Assembly (NCBI GenBank): GCA_044356295.1
Contig: JBIKWN010000047.1
Location: 1-19,825 of the forward strand
Origin: Bdellovibrionota bacterium
GTDB lineage: Bacteria > Bdellovibrionota_C > UBA2361 > JBIKWN01
DNA length: 19,825 bases
Reading direction: 5' to 3'
Below the pieces are notes generated by a model. The model was not told the origin of the DNA. It was given only the letters and a program-made list of their open reading frames with translations, and searched no databases. Position numbers and translations under genes: made by a program. Positions 7,111 to 15,575 of the stretch are shown here, in pieces (the first letter of the stretch is position 1; every line of letters begins with the position of its first letter).

Positions 7111-7140
7111 TTGCGTCAGAGTCCCTAAGAAGAGTATAAT
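7111..7140 (+). promoter_or_regulatory. Putative sigma70 promoter of the rimP-nusA-infB operon
   Basis: TTGCGT (7111-7116), 18-nt spacer, perfect TATAAT (7135-7140). Confidence 0.6.
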
Positions 7141-7150
7141 CGAAATGTTT

Positions 7151-7273
7151 TCGAGGGTTTAACGACCGTTTTAACCCGATAAAATCCACCTCAAAAAATT
7201 TTGTTTCGAGGTGAGGTTGTCTTTATTGAAAAGATAAAGATGACACTCAGGCGATAGCTTTGGCTTATTTTTT
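7151..7273 (+). promoter_or_regulatory. Structured 5' leader of rimP (tandem hairpins, including a rimP-leader-like hairpin)
   Basis: GGGTT..AAC-gacc-GTT..AACCC (7155-7177); CACCTC/GAGGTG (7187-7192/7208-7213); TCTTTAT/ATAAAGA (7220-7226/7234-7240); AGGC-GATA-GCTT (7249-7260) followed by a T-rich run to ATG 7274. Confidence 0.45.
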
Positions 7274-7750
7274 ATGAGTATTGATCGTTGGCAGATAATT
7301 TCGCAGATGTGCAAATCAGAGGGGATTGAACTCTTTGAACTTGAACAAAGTGGAAATATTTTAAGAGTGTATATTCACCAACCTGATGGCTCTGGAATTC
7401 AGCATGCTCACTGCGCTGGCGTCAGCAACAAGATTTTAAATCATGTTGAGGTCGAAAAGATTCTTCCCGGAAGCATGCTTCTAGAAGTTTCAAGTCCTGG
7501 GGTCAACAGAAAGCTCACTCGAACTGAGCATTTTGTTGGAGCGATCGGCGAACGAGTGAAAGTTTCTTTCCGTCAAGAAGACGGTAAAAAAGTTTCAGTC
7601 ATTGGAATTCTTAAAGCTGCTAATGATTCTTTGTTAACTATTGATTCGCGAAGTGACAAGAAGAAGAGCGATAAGAGCGAAGCTGAGCAGCAAATAATGA
7701 TTCCTCTGAGCGCTGTAGTTGAATCAAGAGTAGATTTTTTATTTAAGTAG
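7274..7750 (+). CDS. rimP: Ribosome maturation factor RimP
   Basis: ILRVYIH...GI...C..VS, LEVSSPGVNRKL..EHF...IGERVKV; immediately upstream of nusA. Confidence 0.95.
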   Translation: MSIDRWQIISQMCKSEGIELFELEQSGNILRVYIHQPDGSGIQHAHCAGVSNKILNHVEVEKILPGSMLLEVSSPGVNRKLTRTEHFVGAIGERVKVSFRQEDGKKVSVIGILKAANDSLLTIDSRSDKKKSDKSEAEQQIMIPLSAVVESRVDFLFK

Positions 7751-7780
7751 GTAACCTGAACCAAAAAAGGAATGTAAAAC

Positions 7781-9265
7781 ATGTCGTTTGATCTGAATGC
7801 AATTATCGGACAGATGGGGAGAGATAAAGGTATCAACAAAAAAGTGTTGATCGATGCGGTTGAATCCGCGATGCTTTCTGCCGCTAAAAAGCACTATGGG
7901 CACAATCTGAATCTTGAAACCAAGTTTAATGAAGAAACTGGCGAGATCGAAGTTCACCAATTTAAAGTTGTTGTTGATAAAGTAGACGATCCTGATACTC
8001 AAATCGGGATGACTGAGGCTCGTAAAAATTTCGATCCTGATGCGATGGTCGGCGATGAGTTCGGTGAAAAGCTCGATACTCATATGCTTGGACGTATTGC
8101 TGCACAAACTGCAAAACAAGTTATTATCCAAAAAGTACGCGATGCTGAGCGTGGTGTAATCTTTGAAGAATATAAAGGTTCTAAAGGTGAGCTCATTAAC
8201 GGAATCGTTCAACGATATGACCGAGGAAACGTTATTGTTAACTTAGGTCGTACTGAAGCAATCCTTCCACGTCGTGAGCAGATTATTCGTGAAAAATATC
8301 GACAAGGTGATCGTGTTAGAAGCATGATTCTTGATATCGATCCATCTGCACGTGGACCGCAGATTATTCTTTCGAGAAGTCATCCAGAATTTTTAAAGAA
8401 AATTTTTGCTTTAGAAGTTCCAGAAATAAATGAAGGAACTATCGAGATCAAAGCTGTTGCAAGAGAGCCAGGCGAGCGAGCAAAAATTGCAGTTCACTCA
8501 ACTGATTCTAGTGTTGATCCAGTAGGAGCATGCGTTGGAATTAAAGGGTCTCGTGTTCAAGCAGTTGTTCAAGAATTAAAAGGTGAGCGTATTGATATTG
8601 TCACATGGACTCCTGATGAGCCGTCATTTGTTGCTCGTGCGCTTTCTCCTGCAGAAGTTACCCGTGTTGTTGTTGATGAAGATAAACATGCAATGGAAGT
8701 TATTGTTGCTGATGATCAATTATCACTTGCAATTGGCCGACGTGGACAAAACGTAAAACTTGCTAGCAAATTAACTGGTTGGAAAATTGACGTACGAAGT
8801 GTTTCAGTTGCTGAAGAAGAAGCAAAACGTGCTCGTGCTGCGCTTTCAACAATTCCTGGTCTTGAGTTCACAAGAGTTGAGCTTATGTTCCAAGAAGGCT
8901 TCAGAAGTGTTCGCGATGTAATGAATGCCAATATTGATGACCTGCTTGAAGTCGAAGGAATGACTGAGCAAGAAGCAAAAGATATCGTTCAACGAGCTCA
9001 TGTATTATATGAGCAGATGAAAGCTGACGGATTAGTCAGTGAAGATGACGAGAACGATTCAACACCAAGTGATCTTGATAAACTTTTAATCTCGAACGAA
9101 CTCAAAGAGAGAGTAAAAGGAAGTGGTTATAACAATATTCAAGCGCTTGCTTCTGCAAGTTTTGATGAGTTAGGGACAAAAGGTTTTTCTGAGGAAGACG
9201 TTCAATCCATCCGTGATGCATTGGATATATTCTTTAGAGGTGGAGTGATTCGACCAAGTATGTAA
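7781..9265 (+). CDS. nusA: Transcription termination/antitermination factor NusA
   Basis: GRIAAQTAKQVIIQKVRDAER, S1 domain, AREPGERAKIAV, DPVGACVGIKGSRVQ, SLAIGRRGQNVKLASKLTGW, plus C-terminal acidic HhH-type repeats. Confidence 0.98.
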   Translation: MSFDLNAIIGQMGRDKGINKKVLIDAVESAMLSAAKKHYGHNLNLETKFNEETGEIEVHQFKVVVDKVDDPDTQIGMTEARKNFDPDAMVGDEFGEKLDTHMLGRIAAQTAKQVIIQKVRDAERGVIFEEYKGSKGELINGIVQRYDRGNVIVNLGRTEAILPRREQIIREKYRQGDRVRSMILDIDPSARGPQIILSRSHPEFLKKIFALEVPEINEGTIEIKAVAREPGERAKIAVHSTDSSVDPVGACVGIKGSRVQAVVQELKGERIDIVTWTPDEPSFVARALSPAEVTRVVVDEDKHAMEVIVADDQLSLAIGRRGQNVKLASKLTGWKIDVRSVSVAEEEAKRARAALSTIPGLEFTRVELMFQEGFRSVRDVMNANIDDLLEVEGMTEQEAKDIVQRAHVLYEQMKADGLVSEDDENDSTPSDLDKLLISNELKERVKGSGYNNIQALASASFDELGTKGFSEEDVQSIRDALDIFFRGGVIRPSM

Positions 9266-9291
9266 CGACATTCTTGGGAAGGTTAAACTGT

Positions 9292-9576
9292 ATGCGAGCA
9301 CACCAGATACGATCATGTGCAGTGTGCCGCAAACGAGAGCCTCAAGAGTCACTATTTCGAATCAGTTTTTCAGATAAAGGGTTATGCCTTGCTGACAAAC
9401 GAGGAGTAGGTGGACGAGGAGTGTATGTTCACCAAAGTGTGTCATGTACGTCTAAGCCGATGGATGTCGGTCGAATTAGTAGAGCGCTTCGACTTTCGAG
9501 TGGAGTGCTGCAAAAGCAGATGATTGATGCGGTTTGGAATGAAATGCATCAAGAAGTGCTTAAATGTTTAGGATAA
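9292..9576 (+). CDS. ylxR: YlxR/RnpM family (DUF448) nucleic-acid-binding protein
   Basis: RSCAVCRK...LFRI...GGRGVYVHQSVSC motif; canonical position between nusA and infB; ATG 9292 preceded by GGAAGG preferred over TTG 9274. Confidence 0.88.
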   Translation: MRAHQIRSCAVCRKREPQESLFRISFSDKGLCLADKRGVGGRGVYVHQSVSCTSKPMDVGRISRALRLSSGVLQKQMIDAVWNEMHQEVLKCLG

Positions 9577-9582
9577 GGATTT

Positions 9583-12219
9583 ATGTCAAAGCTTCGTATA
9601 TACGAATTAGCAAAAGAACTCGGTGTCGACAATAAAATTGTCATTCAAATTGCTACTGAGCTTGGAATGAGCGGCAAAGCGTCTCACTCAAATTCACTCG
9701 ATAATGATGAGGCTGATCAAATACGTCGTACCTATCAGCGTCAACTTATTGCTGGTAAATCACCACAAGAGTCAGAAGTAGTTACTCGTCGCGTTGATAA
9801 ATCGACTGGGGAATCGCAAGCAGTCGTTGAAAAACGATCAGGAACAGTCATTAGAAGACGACGTGCAACTGATGATGAAGCACAAACAGCACCGGTTGCT
9901 GTTGAAGAAGCGCCTCAAGCTGAAACAGCAGTAGAAGCTGAAGAGCAGATATTTGCAGAAGAGGTTGTTGAAGATACAGTTTTACATGCTACTGATTCAG
10001 ACGACGAAGCTGATACTACTGCAGAACAAGTCATTGAAGAACCTGAACAAGAAGTTGAAAGTGAAGAAGTATCAGAATCAATCGAAACACCTAAGCAGTC
10101 CGCAGAAGTCAATGCTGCTCCTAAGGAATCAGAAGACGAAGCAAAAAAAGCTGGTCCACGCGTATTAGGAAGGATTCAGCTTCCCGTTTCTAAAAAAACT
10201 ACAACAACCACATCTCGTACAGATTCACGACCAGGTGTTGGCAGAGGTCCTGCACCAACTGGTGTTAGAACTGCTGTTACCACTGAGGAAGATGAAAAAG
10301 GTAAACTTGGTAAAAAAACTAAGAAAAGAGAGATCTCAAGACTCGACCTTGTTGATTATGAAGGTAAAGACGTACGTCGTAGCCCTCGCGGTGGAAGCGG
10401 TAAAACGCAACGTGAAAAAGACAAAGCACAAAACGTCGAACAAAGTCGTGCAATTGTTACAAAAAGAGTTCTTGAGATTGGAGATTCAATTAGCGTTGGT
10501 GATCTTGCTCACCAAATGAGTGTCAAAGCCGGTGAAGTAATTTCTAAACTTATTGAATTAGGAATTATGGCTACGATTAATCACGCAGTTGATTTTACTA
10601 CTGCTTCTTTAATTGCTGAAGAACTTGGTTATGAAGTCAAAAGCATGGCATTCGATGAAACTCAATTCATTGAAACTGAGAACGCCGATGATCCTGAATC
10701 ACTCAAAGAACGTCCTCCTGTAGTAACCATTATGGGACACGTCGATCATGGTAAAACATCACTCCTCGATTACATTCGTAAAACAACTGTCGTTGCGAAA
10801 GAAGCGGGAGGTATTACTCAACATATCGGTGCATATAGTGTTTCTGTAAATGGAAAACCAATTACGTTCCTCGATACGCCAGGTCACGCAGCATTTACTG
10901 CAATGAGGGCTCGTGGTGCAAACGTAACAGATATCGTCATTCTTGTTTGCGCTGCAGATGATGGTGTTATGCCTCAAACCCTTGAAGCAATTAACCATGC
11001 TAAAGCTGCAAAAGTTCCAATTATTGTTGCTGTCAACAAAATGGATAAACCTGAGGCAAATATCGACCGAGTGAAACAACAACTTACTGAACGTGGTCTG
11101 CAACCCGAAGATTGGGGAGGCGATACTATGTATTGCCCAGTTTCTGCTCTTAAGGGAACCGGAGTTAAAGAGTTATTAGAAGGTATTTTGTTGCAAGCGG
11201 AAGTCAAAGAGCTTACAGCTAATCCAGATACTCGAGCGAGTGGAACAATCATTGAAGCGAAACAAGAAAAAGGCCGTGGAGCTGTTGCTACTGTACTCGT
11301 TCAACGAGGTACGTTACGAGTTGGCGATATCTTTGTTTGCGGTGCTCAGTTTGGTCGAGTTCGTTCAATGGATAATCACGCTGGAGTTCGTTTGAAAGAA
11401 GCTGGGCCTTCAACGCCGGTTGAGATTACTGGTTTGGAAGGTGTTCCTTCTGCAGGTGATGATTTCCTTGTAGTTGAAGATGATGCAAAAGCAAGAACAG
11501 TTGCTGCAAACAGAGCTGATAAAAGAGCTGCTGAAGAGAGAGCCCTTGCAACTGGACCAATCAGTCTTGAAGAATTTGCAAAACGTGCTAACAACATTAC
11601 TTTGGCTGAGCTAAACGTCATTGTTAAAGCAGATGTAGATGGTTCTGTTGAAGCAGTAAAAGCTTCGATTGAAAAACTAACAACTGAAAAAGTAAAAGTG
11701 AGAGTACTTCATGCAGCCGTAGGTGGTGTGAATGAATCGGATATCCAACTTGCGATTGCTTCAAGAGCAGTTATTGTTGCCTTTGGTGTTAGAGCTGAGC
11801 CTCGTGCATCTCAAGCAGCTGAACGTGCAAGTATTGAGATCCGTTTTTACCGAATTATTTATGAACTTCTTGATGATGTGAAAATGGCGATGGTTGGACT
11901 GTTGCCTCCGGATAAACAAGAAGTTTCTCTTGGACGAGTTGAAGTTCGCGAAACATTTCAGGTACCAAAAGCTGGAACAGTCGCTGGATGTTATGTTCTC
12001 GATGGTTCAGTGAAGCGTGGTGCGTTTGTGCGACTACTGCGTGATAGTAGAGTCATTCATGAAGGCAAAATGTCTTCTCTACGAAGATTTAAAGATGATG
12101 TCCGTGAAGTTAACAGTGGCTATGAGTGTGGTATTGGACTCGAAAGCTACAATGATGTTAAGCCTGGGGATGTTTTCGAAGTATTTGAAGTGAAAGAGGT
12201 TGCTGCCTCTCTTGAATAA
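9583..12219 (+). CDS. infB: Translation initiation factor IF-2
   Basis: N-terminal LRIYELAKEL, RPPVVTIMGHVDHGKTSLLD, EAGGITQHIGAY, FLDTPGHAAFTAMRARGA, NKMD, SLRRFKDDVREV..GYECGI. Confidence 0.99.
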   Translation: MSKLRIYELAKELGVDNKIVIQIATELGMSGKASHSNSLDNDEADQIRRTYQRQLIAGKSPQESEVVTRRVDKSTGESQAVVEKRSGTVIRRRRATDDEAQTAPVAVEEAPQAETAVEAEEQIFAEEVVEDTVLHATDSDDEADTTAEQVIEEPEQEVESEEVSESIETPKQSAEVNAAPKESEDEAKKAGPRVLGRIQLPVSKKTTTTTSRTDSRPGVGRGPAPTGVRTAVTTEEDEKGKLGKKTKKREISRLDLVDYEGKDVRRSPRGGSGKTQREKDKAQNVEQSRAIVTKRVLEIGDSISVGDLAHQMSVKAGEVISKLIELGIMATINHAVDFTTASLIAEELGYEVKSMAFDETQFIETENADDPESLKERPPVVTIMGHVDHGKTSLLDYIRKTTVVAKEAGGITQHIGAYSVSVNGKPITFLDTPGHAAFTAMRARGANVTDIVILVCAADDGVMPQTLEAINHAKAAKVPIIVAVNKMDKPEANIDRVKQQLTERGLQPEDWGGDTMYCPVSALKGTGVKELLEGILLQAEVKELTANPDTRASGTIIEAKQEKGRGAVATVLVQRGTLRVGDIFVCGAQFGRVRSMDNHAGVRLKEAGPSTPVEITGLEGVPSAGDDFLVVEDDAKARTVAANRADKRAAEERALATGPISLEEFAKRANNITLAELNVIVKADVDGSVEAVKASIEKLTTEKVKVRVLHAAVGGVNESDIQLAIASRAVIVAFGVRAEPRASQAAERASIEIRFYRIIYELLDDVKMAMVGLLPPDKQEVSLGRVEVRETFQVPKAGTVAGCYVLDGSVKRGAFVRLLRDSRVIHEGKMSSLRRFKDDVREVNSGYECGIGLESYNDVKPGDVFEVFEVKEVAASLE

Positions 12220-12221
12220 TT

Positions 12222-12581
12222 ATGGCTGATCAACGCCGAGGATACCGCGTAGCGGAAAGGATTCAGATCCTGCTTGCTAAAGAGTTACAAAGAGTCTCTG
12301 ATCCTCGACTTACCTTAGTTACGATTTCCAGGTGCGAAATTAGTCCAGATTTAAAGCATGCAAAGATTTTTTGGATGCTCTTCGGTGATGAAGAGAGGAA
12401 AACTCAAGCGACTGAAGCATTTGAAGAATCTATTGGTATTTTTAGAAAATATCTAGCTTCTCAATTGAAAGTGCGCGCAGTACCTTCAATAAAGTTTATT
12501 TATGATTCATCTCTTGATGAAGCCCAAAAAATGGAGGAGCTTTTTCAAAAAATACGAAAAAGCGACGGGAGGGATTCCTAA
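12222..12581 (+). CDS. rbfA: Ribosome-binding factor A
   Basis: RVAERIQILLA...DPRL..VTISRCEISPDLKHAKIF...RAVPSIKFIYDSS; follows infB. Confidence 0.95.
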   Translation: MADQRRGYRVAERIQILLAKELQRVSDPRLTLVTISRCEISPDLKHAKIFWMLFGDEERKTQATEAFEESIGIFRKYLASQLKVRAVPSIKFIYDSSLDEAQKMEELFQKIRKSDGRDS

Positions 12582-13579
12582 TGAATACCGTTGATTTATA
12601 TGCTGCCACCTTTGATGAAGTAATTAAAATCATCAATGCCAACGATCAGATATCAGTTATAAGCCATTACAATCCAGACAGTGACGCCTATGGATCGAGT
12701 ATCGGATTAGCGCTCTCATTACAGGCAGCAGGCAAAAAAGTATCTATTATTAACGAATCGGGAATTGTTGATCGTTATGAATGTCTTCCTGGAATAAATC
12801 TCATAGAAAAGAATTTAGGAATTTCACTCCCTTTAGTTATTGCATGTGATTGCGGAGCACTAAAAAGAGTAGGCGATACACAGGTACCAGCTGTTAAAAG
12901 TGGAAAAGTGATCGTTAATATTGATCACCATGTATCAAATGAAATGTTTGGAACGACGAATCTTGTTGTAGAAACTGCGAGTTCAACATCAGAGATAATT
13001 TTTGAGCTTATACAACGAGCAGGCTTTCCACTAACTAAAGATATAGCATCCTTACTTATGGCTGGGATTATTGGAGATACAGGATCGTTTCGATATTCGG
13101 CAACCACTGCAAGAACTTTTGAAATTGGTGCGGTGTTGATGAAAGCAGGGGCAAATCCGTATGAGCTTTATAAAAACTTATATGCGAATCCGCCCATCGG
13201 TGCCGTACGACTTCAAGCTGAAAGTATGCTCAACCTTACTACTGACTTTAATGGTGCGTATGCAGAAGTCATTGTGACTGCAGACAGTATTAAAAAACAC
13301 CAAGCATCACTCGATGATACTGATGGTCTTGCAGAACGAGCAAGAGATCTGAAAGGAGTTAAAATTGCTGCTTCAGTTCGTCAGGATGGAGCATTATGGC
13401 GTGTCAGCTTACGCTCTGTTTCCGAAAAATATGATGTTTCAAAAGTTGCTCAATCATTTGGTGGAGGTGGTCACAAACAAGCAGCAGCGTTTCGTATTAC
13501 TCAACCACTAACAGTTGTTCAAAAAAATATTAGGGAAAAGGTTCTTGAAGCTCTTAAAACTGCTGAAGGAGTCCAATAA
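12581..13579 (+). CDS. nrnA: Bifunctional oligoribonuclease/PAP phosphatase (DHH/DHHA1 family)
   Basis: SHYNPDSDAYGS, ACDCG, NIDHHVSN, GDTGSFRY, VSLRS, FGGGGHKQAAA; TAATG overlaps with rbfA and truB. Confidence 0.93.
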   Translation: MNTVDLYAATFDEVIKIINANDQISVISHYNPDSDAYGSSIGLALSLQAAGKKVSIINESGIVDRYECLPGINLIEKNLGISLPLVIACDCGALKRVGDTQVPAVKSGKVIVNIDHHVSNEMFGTTNLVVETASSTSEIIFELIQRAGFPLTKDIASLLMAGIIGDTGSFRYSATTARTFEIGAVLMKAGANPYELYKNLYANPPIGAVRLQAESMLNLTTDFNGAYAEVIVTADSIKKHQASLDDTDGLAERARDLKGVKIAASVRQDGALWRVSLRSVSEKYDVSKVAQSFGGGGHKQAAAFRITQPLTVVQKNIREKVLEALKTAEGVQ

Positions 13580-14241
13580 TGCAACAAGATGGTGTCATCG
13601 TCCTTGATAAAGCCCAAGGGATTACTTCTGCTCATGCAATTGCGCAGATTAAAAAAAAACTTCAATTAAAAAAAATCGGACATGCCGGAACTCTTGATCC
13701 AATGGCGACAGGTATCTTAGTTTGTCTTTGCGGTACTGCTACAAAAAAAGCTACTGAATTTCAAGGTGGTAAAAAAACGTATGAAGGACAGATTCTTTTA
13801 GGCGTAACGACTGATACGGATGATTTAGACGGTGAAATTCTTACTAAGAATATTGTTCCAGATCTTACCGATGATTTTTTAGTTCAAATTCATAAAACTT
13901 TTCAAGGGGAAATATCGCAGATTCCCCCACAAGTTTCGGCGATCAAAAAAGATGGTAAACGTGCTTATGATTTGGCTCGAAAAGGGGAAGTCGTTGATAT
14001 TCCAGCTCGCCAAATTACCATCTATGAAAGTAGTTTTAAAAAAGTTTCTGATACTGTTATTTTTTATTCAGTAACTTGTTCTACTGGAACATATATACGG
14101 TCTATCGCAAGAGACATTGGCACAATGCTTGGATGTGGAGGAGCAATTAAAGAGCTTCGAAGAGTTGCAAGTGCCCCATTTGTTATAGCAGACGCAGTTC
14201 GTTTTGAAGATTTAACGGAGGAAAATATATGCCATCACTAG
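13579..14241 (+). CDS. truB: tRNA pseudouridine(55) synthase, short form without the C-terminal PUA domain
   Basis: LDKAQGITS, KIGHAGTLDPMATGIL, TTDTDDLDG, QIPPQVSAIKKDGKRAYDLARKG, CSTGTYIRSIARDIG, LRR. Confidence 0.95.
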   Translation: MQQDGVIVLDKAQGITSAHAIAQIKKKLQLKKIGHAGTLDPMATGILVCLCGTATKKATEFQGGKKTYEGQILLGVTTDTDDLDGEILTKNIVPDLTDDFLVQIHKTFQGEISQIPPQVSAIKKDGKRAYDLARKGEVVDIPARQITIYESSFKKVSDTVIFYSVTCSTGTYIRSIARDIGTMLGCGGAIKELRRVASAPFVIADAVRFEDLTEENICHH

Positions 14242-15575
14242 TCGTTATTGGAGCCCAGTGGGGCGATGAAGGAAAAGGTAAACTTGTTGATTACTTAACC
14301 TCAAAAGCTGAAATGGTTGTTCGTTTTCAAGGTGGAAGTAATGCCGGACATACTCTTGTAGTCGATGGAGTTAAAACTAAATTAAGTCTTGTACCTTCTG
14401 GAATTCTTAGAAAAGAAACAAAGTGTTTAATCGCTGCTGGGGTTGTATTAAATCCCCAAACTTTTATTAAAGAAGTGCAAGACCTTCAACAAGTTGGTGT
14501 CGATTGTTCACCTTCGAGATTAGTTATTGACCGTGATGCACAATTGGTTCTTCAAACACATATTGCAATTGATGTTGCTCGTGAAGAAGCTAAGGGGAAA
14601 GACAAAATTGGAACAACAGGAAGGGGAATTGGTCCTTGCTATGAAGATCGTGCTGCCAGAACTGGTGTTAGACTTGCAGACCTTCAAGATCTTACTGCAC
14701 TAAAAACCAGATTGCAGAAAGATGTTGATCAGAAAAATCTTTATTTAAAACATGTTCTTGGAAGTCAAAATCAAGTTTCATTCGATGAGTTGTGGGCATC
14801 AATCGAAGAAGCTGCGAAAAAACTACTTCCCTATATTGGTAATGGTAGTGTCTTAGTTGATACAGCACGCAAAACAGGTGAAAAAATTGTTTTTGAAGGT
14901 GCACAAGGAACATTACTCGACCAAGTACATGGTAATCTTCCGTTTGTTACCTCTTCTAATACAATTGCTGGAGCTGTAACCACAGGATGTGGAGTCGGAG
15001 CAAAGGTAATTGATCACGTCTTAGCAGTAACAAAAGCATATTCGACTCGTGTTGGAAGTGGACCATTTCCAACGGAGCTCAAGGACGAAACGGGCGATAA
15101 AATTCGCCAGGCAGGGGCTGAATTCGGCACTAATACTGGACGTGCTCGTCGTTGTGGATGGTTTGATGCAGTAGCGATGAAAAGAGCCGTTCGTTTAAAC
15201 GGAGCTGATTCATTGGCAATAACAAAACTCGATGTTCTTACAGGAATGGGTAAATTAAAAATAGCGATTAAGTATACTCTTGATGGTATAGAAATTGATG
15301 ATGTCCCAGCTCTTGCTAGTGAAGTAGACCGTGTGGTTCCTGAATTTATTGAGCTTGACGGATGGGATGAAGACCTCACCGCTGCAAAAAAATGGCACCA
15401 TCTTCCTGCATCGGCTAGGCTCTATCTTACAACAATTGCAGATATTCTTGGATGTCCAGTTTCGATCGTAAGTGTGAGTCCTGAACGAGATTCGACTATT
15501 TTTTCTGGAAACGCACAGTTTGTGAAAAATTTTGTGGATAAAAATGATGAGCTTACCAGCGTTGATGACAACTGA
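14229..15575 (+). CDS. purA: Adenylosuccinate synthetase
   Basis: GAQWGDEGKGKLVD, RFQGGSNAGHT, IGTTGRGIGPCYED, FEGAQG, YSTRVGSGPFPTE, GTNTGRARRCGWFD, TKLDVL; GGAGG ribosome site inside the truB 3' end. Confidence 0.98.
   Translation: MPSLVVIGAQWGDEGKGKLVDYLTSKAEMVVRFQGGSNAGHTLVVDGVKTKLSLVPSGILRKETKCLIAAGVVLNPQTFIKEVQDLQQVGVDCSPSRLVIDRDAQLVLQTHIAIDVAREEAKGKDKIGTTGRGIGPCYEDRAARTGVRLADLQDLTALKTRLQKDVDQKNLYLKHVLGSQNQVSFDELWASIEEAAKKLLPYIGNGSVLVDTARKTGEKIVFEGAQGTLLDQVHGNLPFVTSSNTIAGAVTTGCGVGAKVIDHVLAVTKAYSTRVGSGPFPTELKDETGDKIRQAGAEFGTNTGRARRCGWFDAVAMKRAVRLNGADSLAITKLDVLTGMGKLKIAIKYTLDGIEIDDVPALASEVDRVVPEFIELDGWDEDLTAAKKWHHLPASARLYLTTIADILGCPVSIVSVSPERDSTIFSGNAQFVKNFVDKNDELTSVDDN

Noticed and set aside
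7018..7273. tRNA gene upstream of rimP (as metY in E. coli)
   Set aside because: No cloverleaf, no T-loop GTTCRA in a proper stem context and no CCA end found.
7573..8212. Antisense ORFs 7573-7839 and 7739-8212, and the other short overlapping ORFs in the track (e.g. 2211-2459, 10759-11103, 15014-15379)
   Set aside because: They lie opposite or out of frame within well-supported genes and carry no recognisable motifs; typical shadow ORFs.
9860..10150. GAA-rich quasi-repeats in infB
   Set aside because: They encode the usual acidic, low-complexity N-terminal linker of IF-2, not a separate repeat element.
14200..14260. Frameshifted or pseudogenised truB
   Set aside because: The downstream sequence is fully accounted for by intact purA with its own ribosome site; no PUA-domain remnant was evident.
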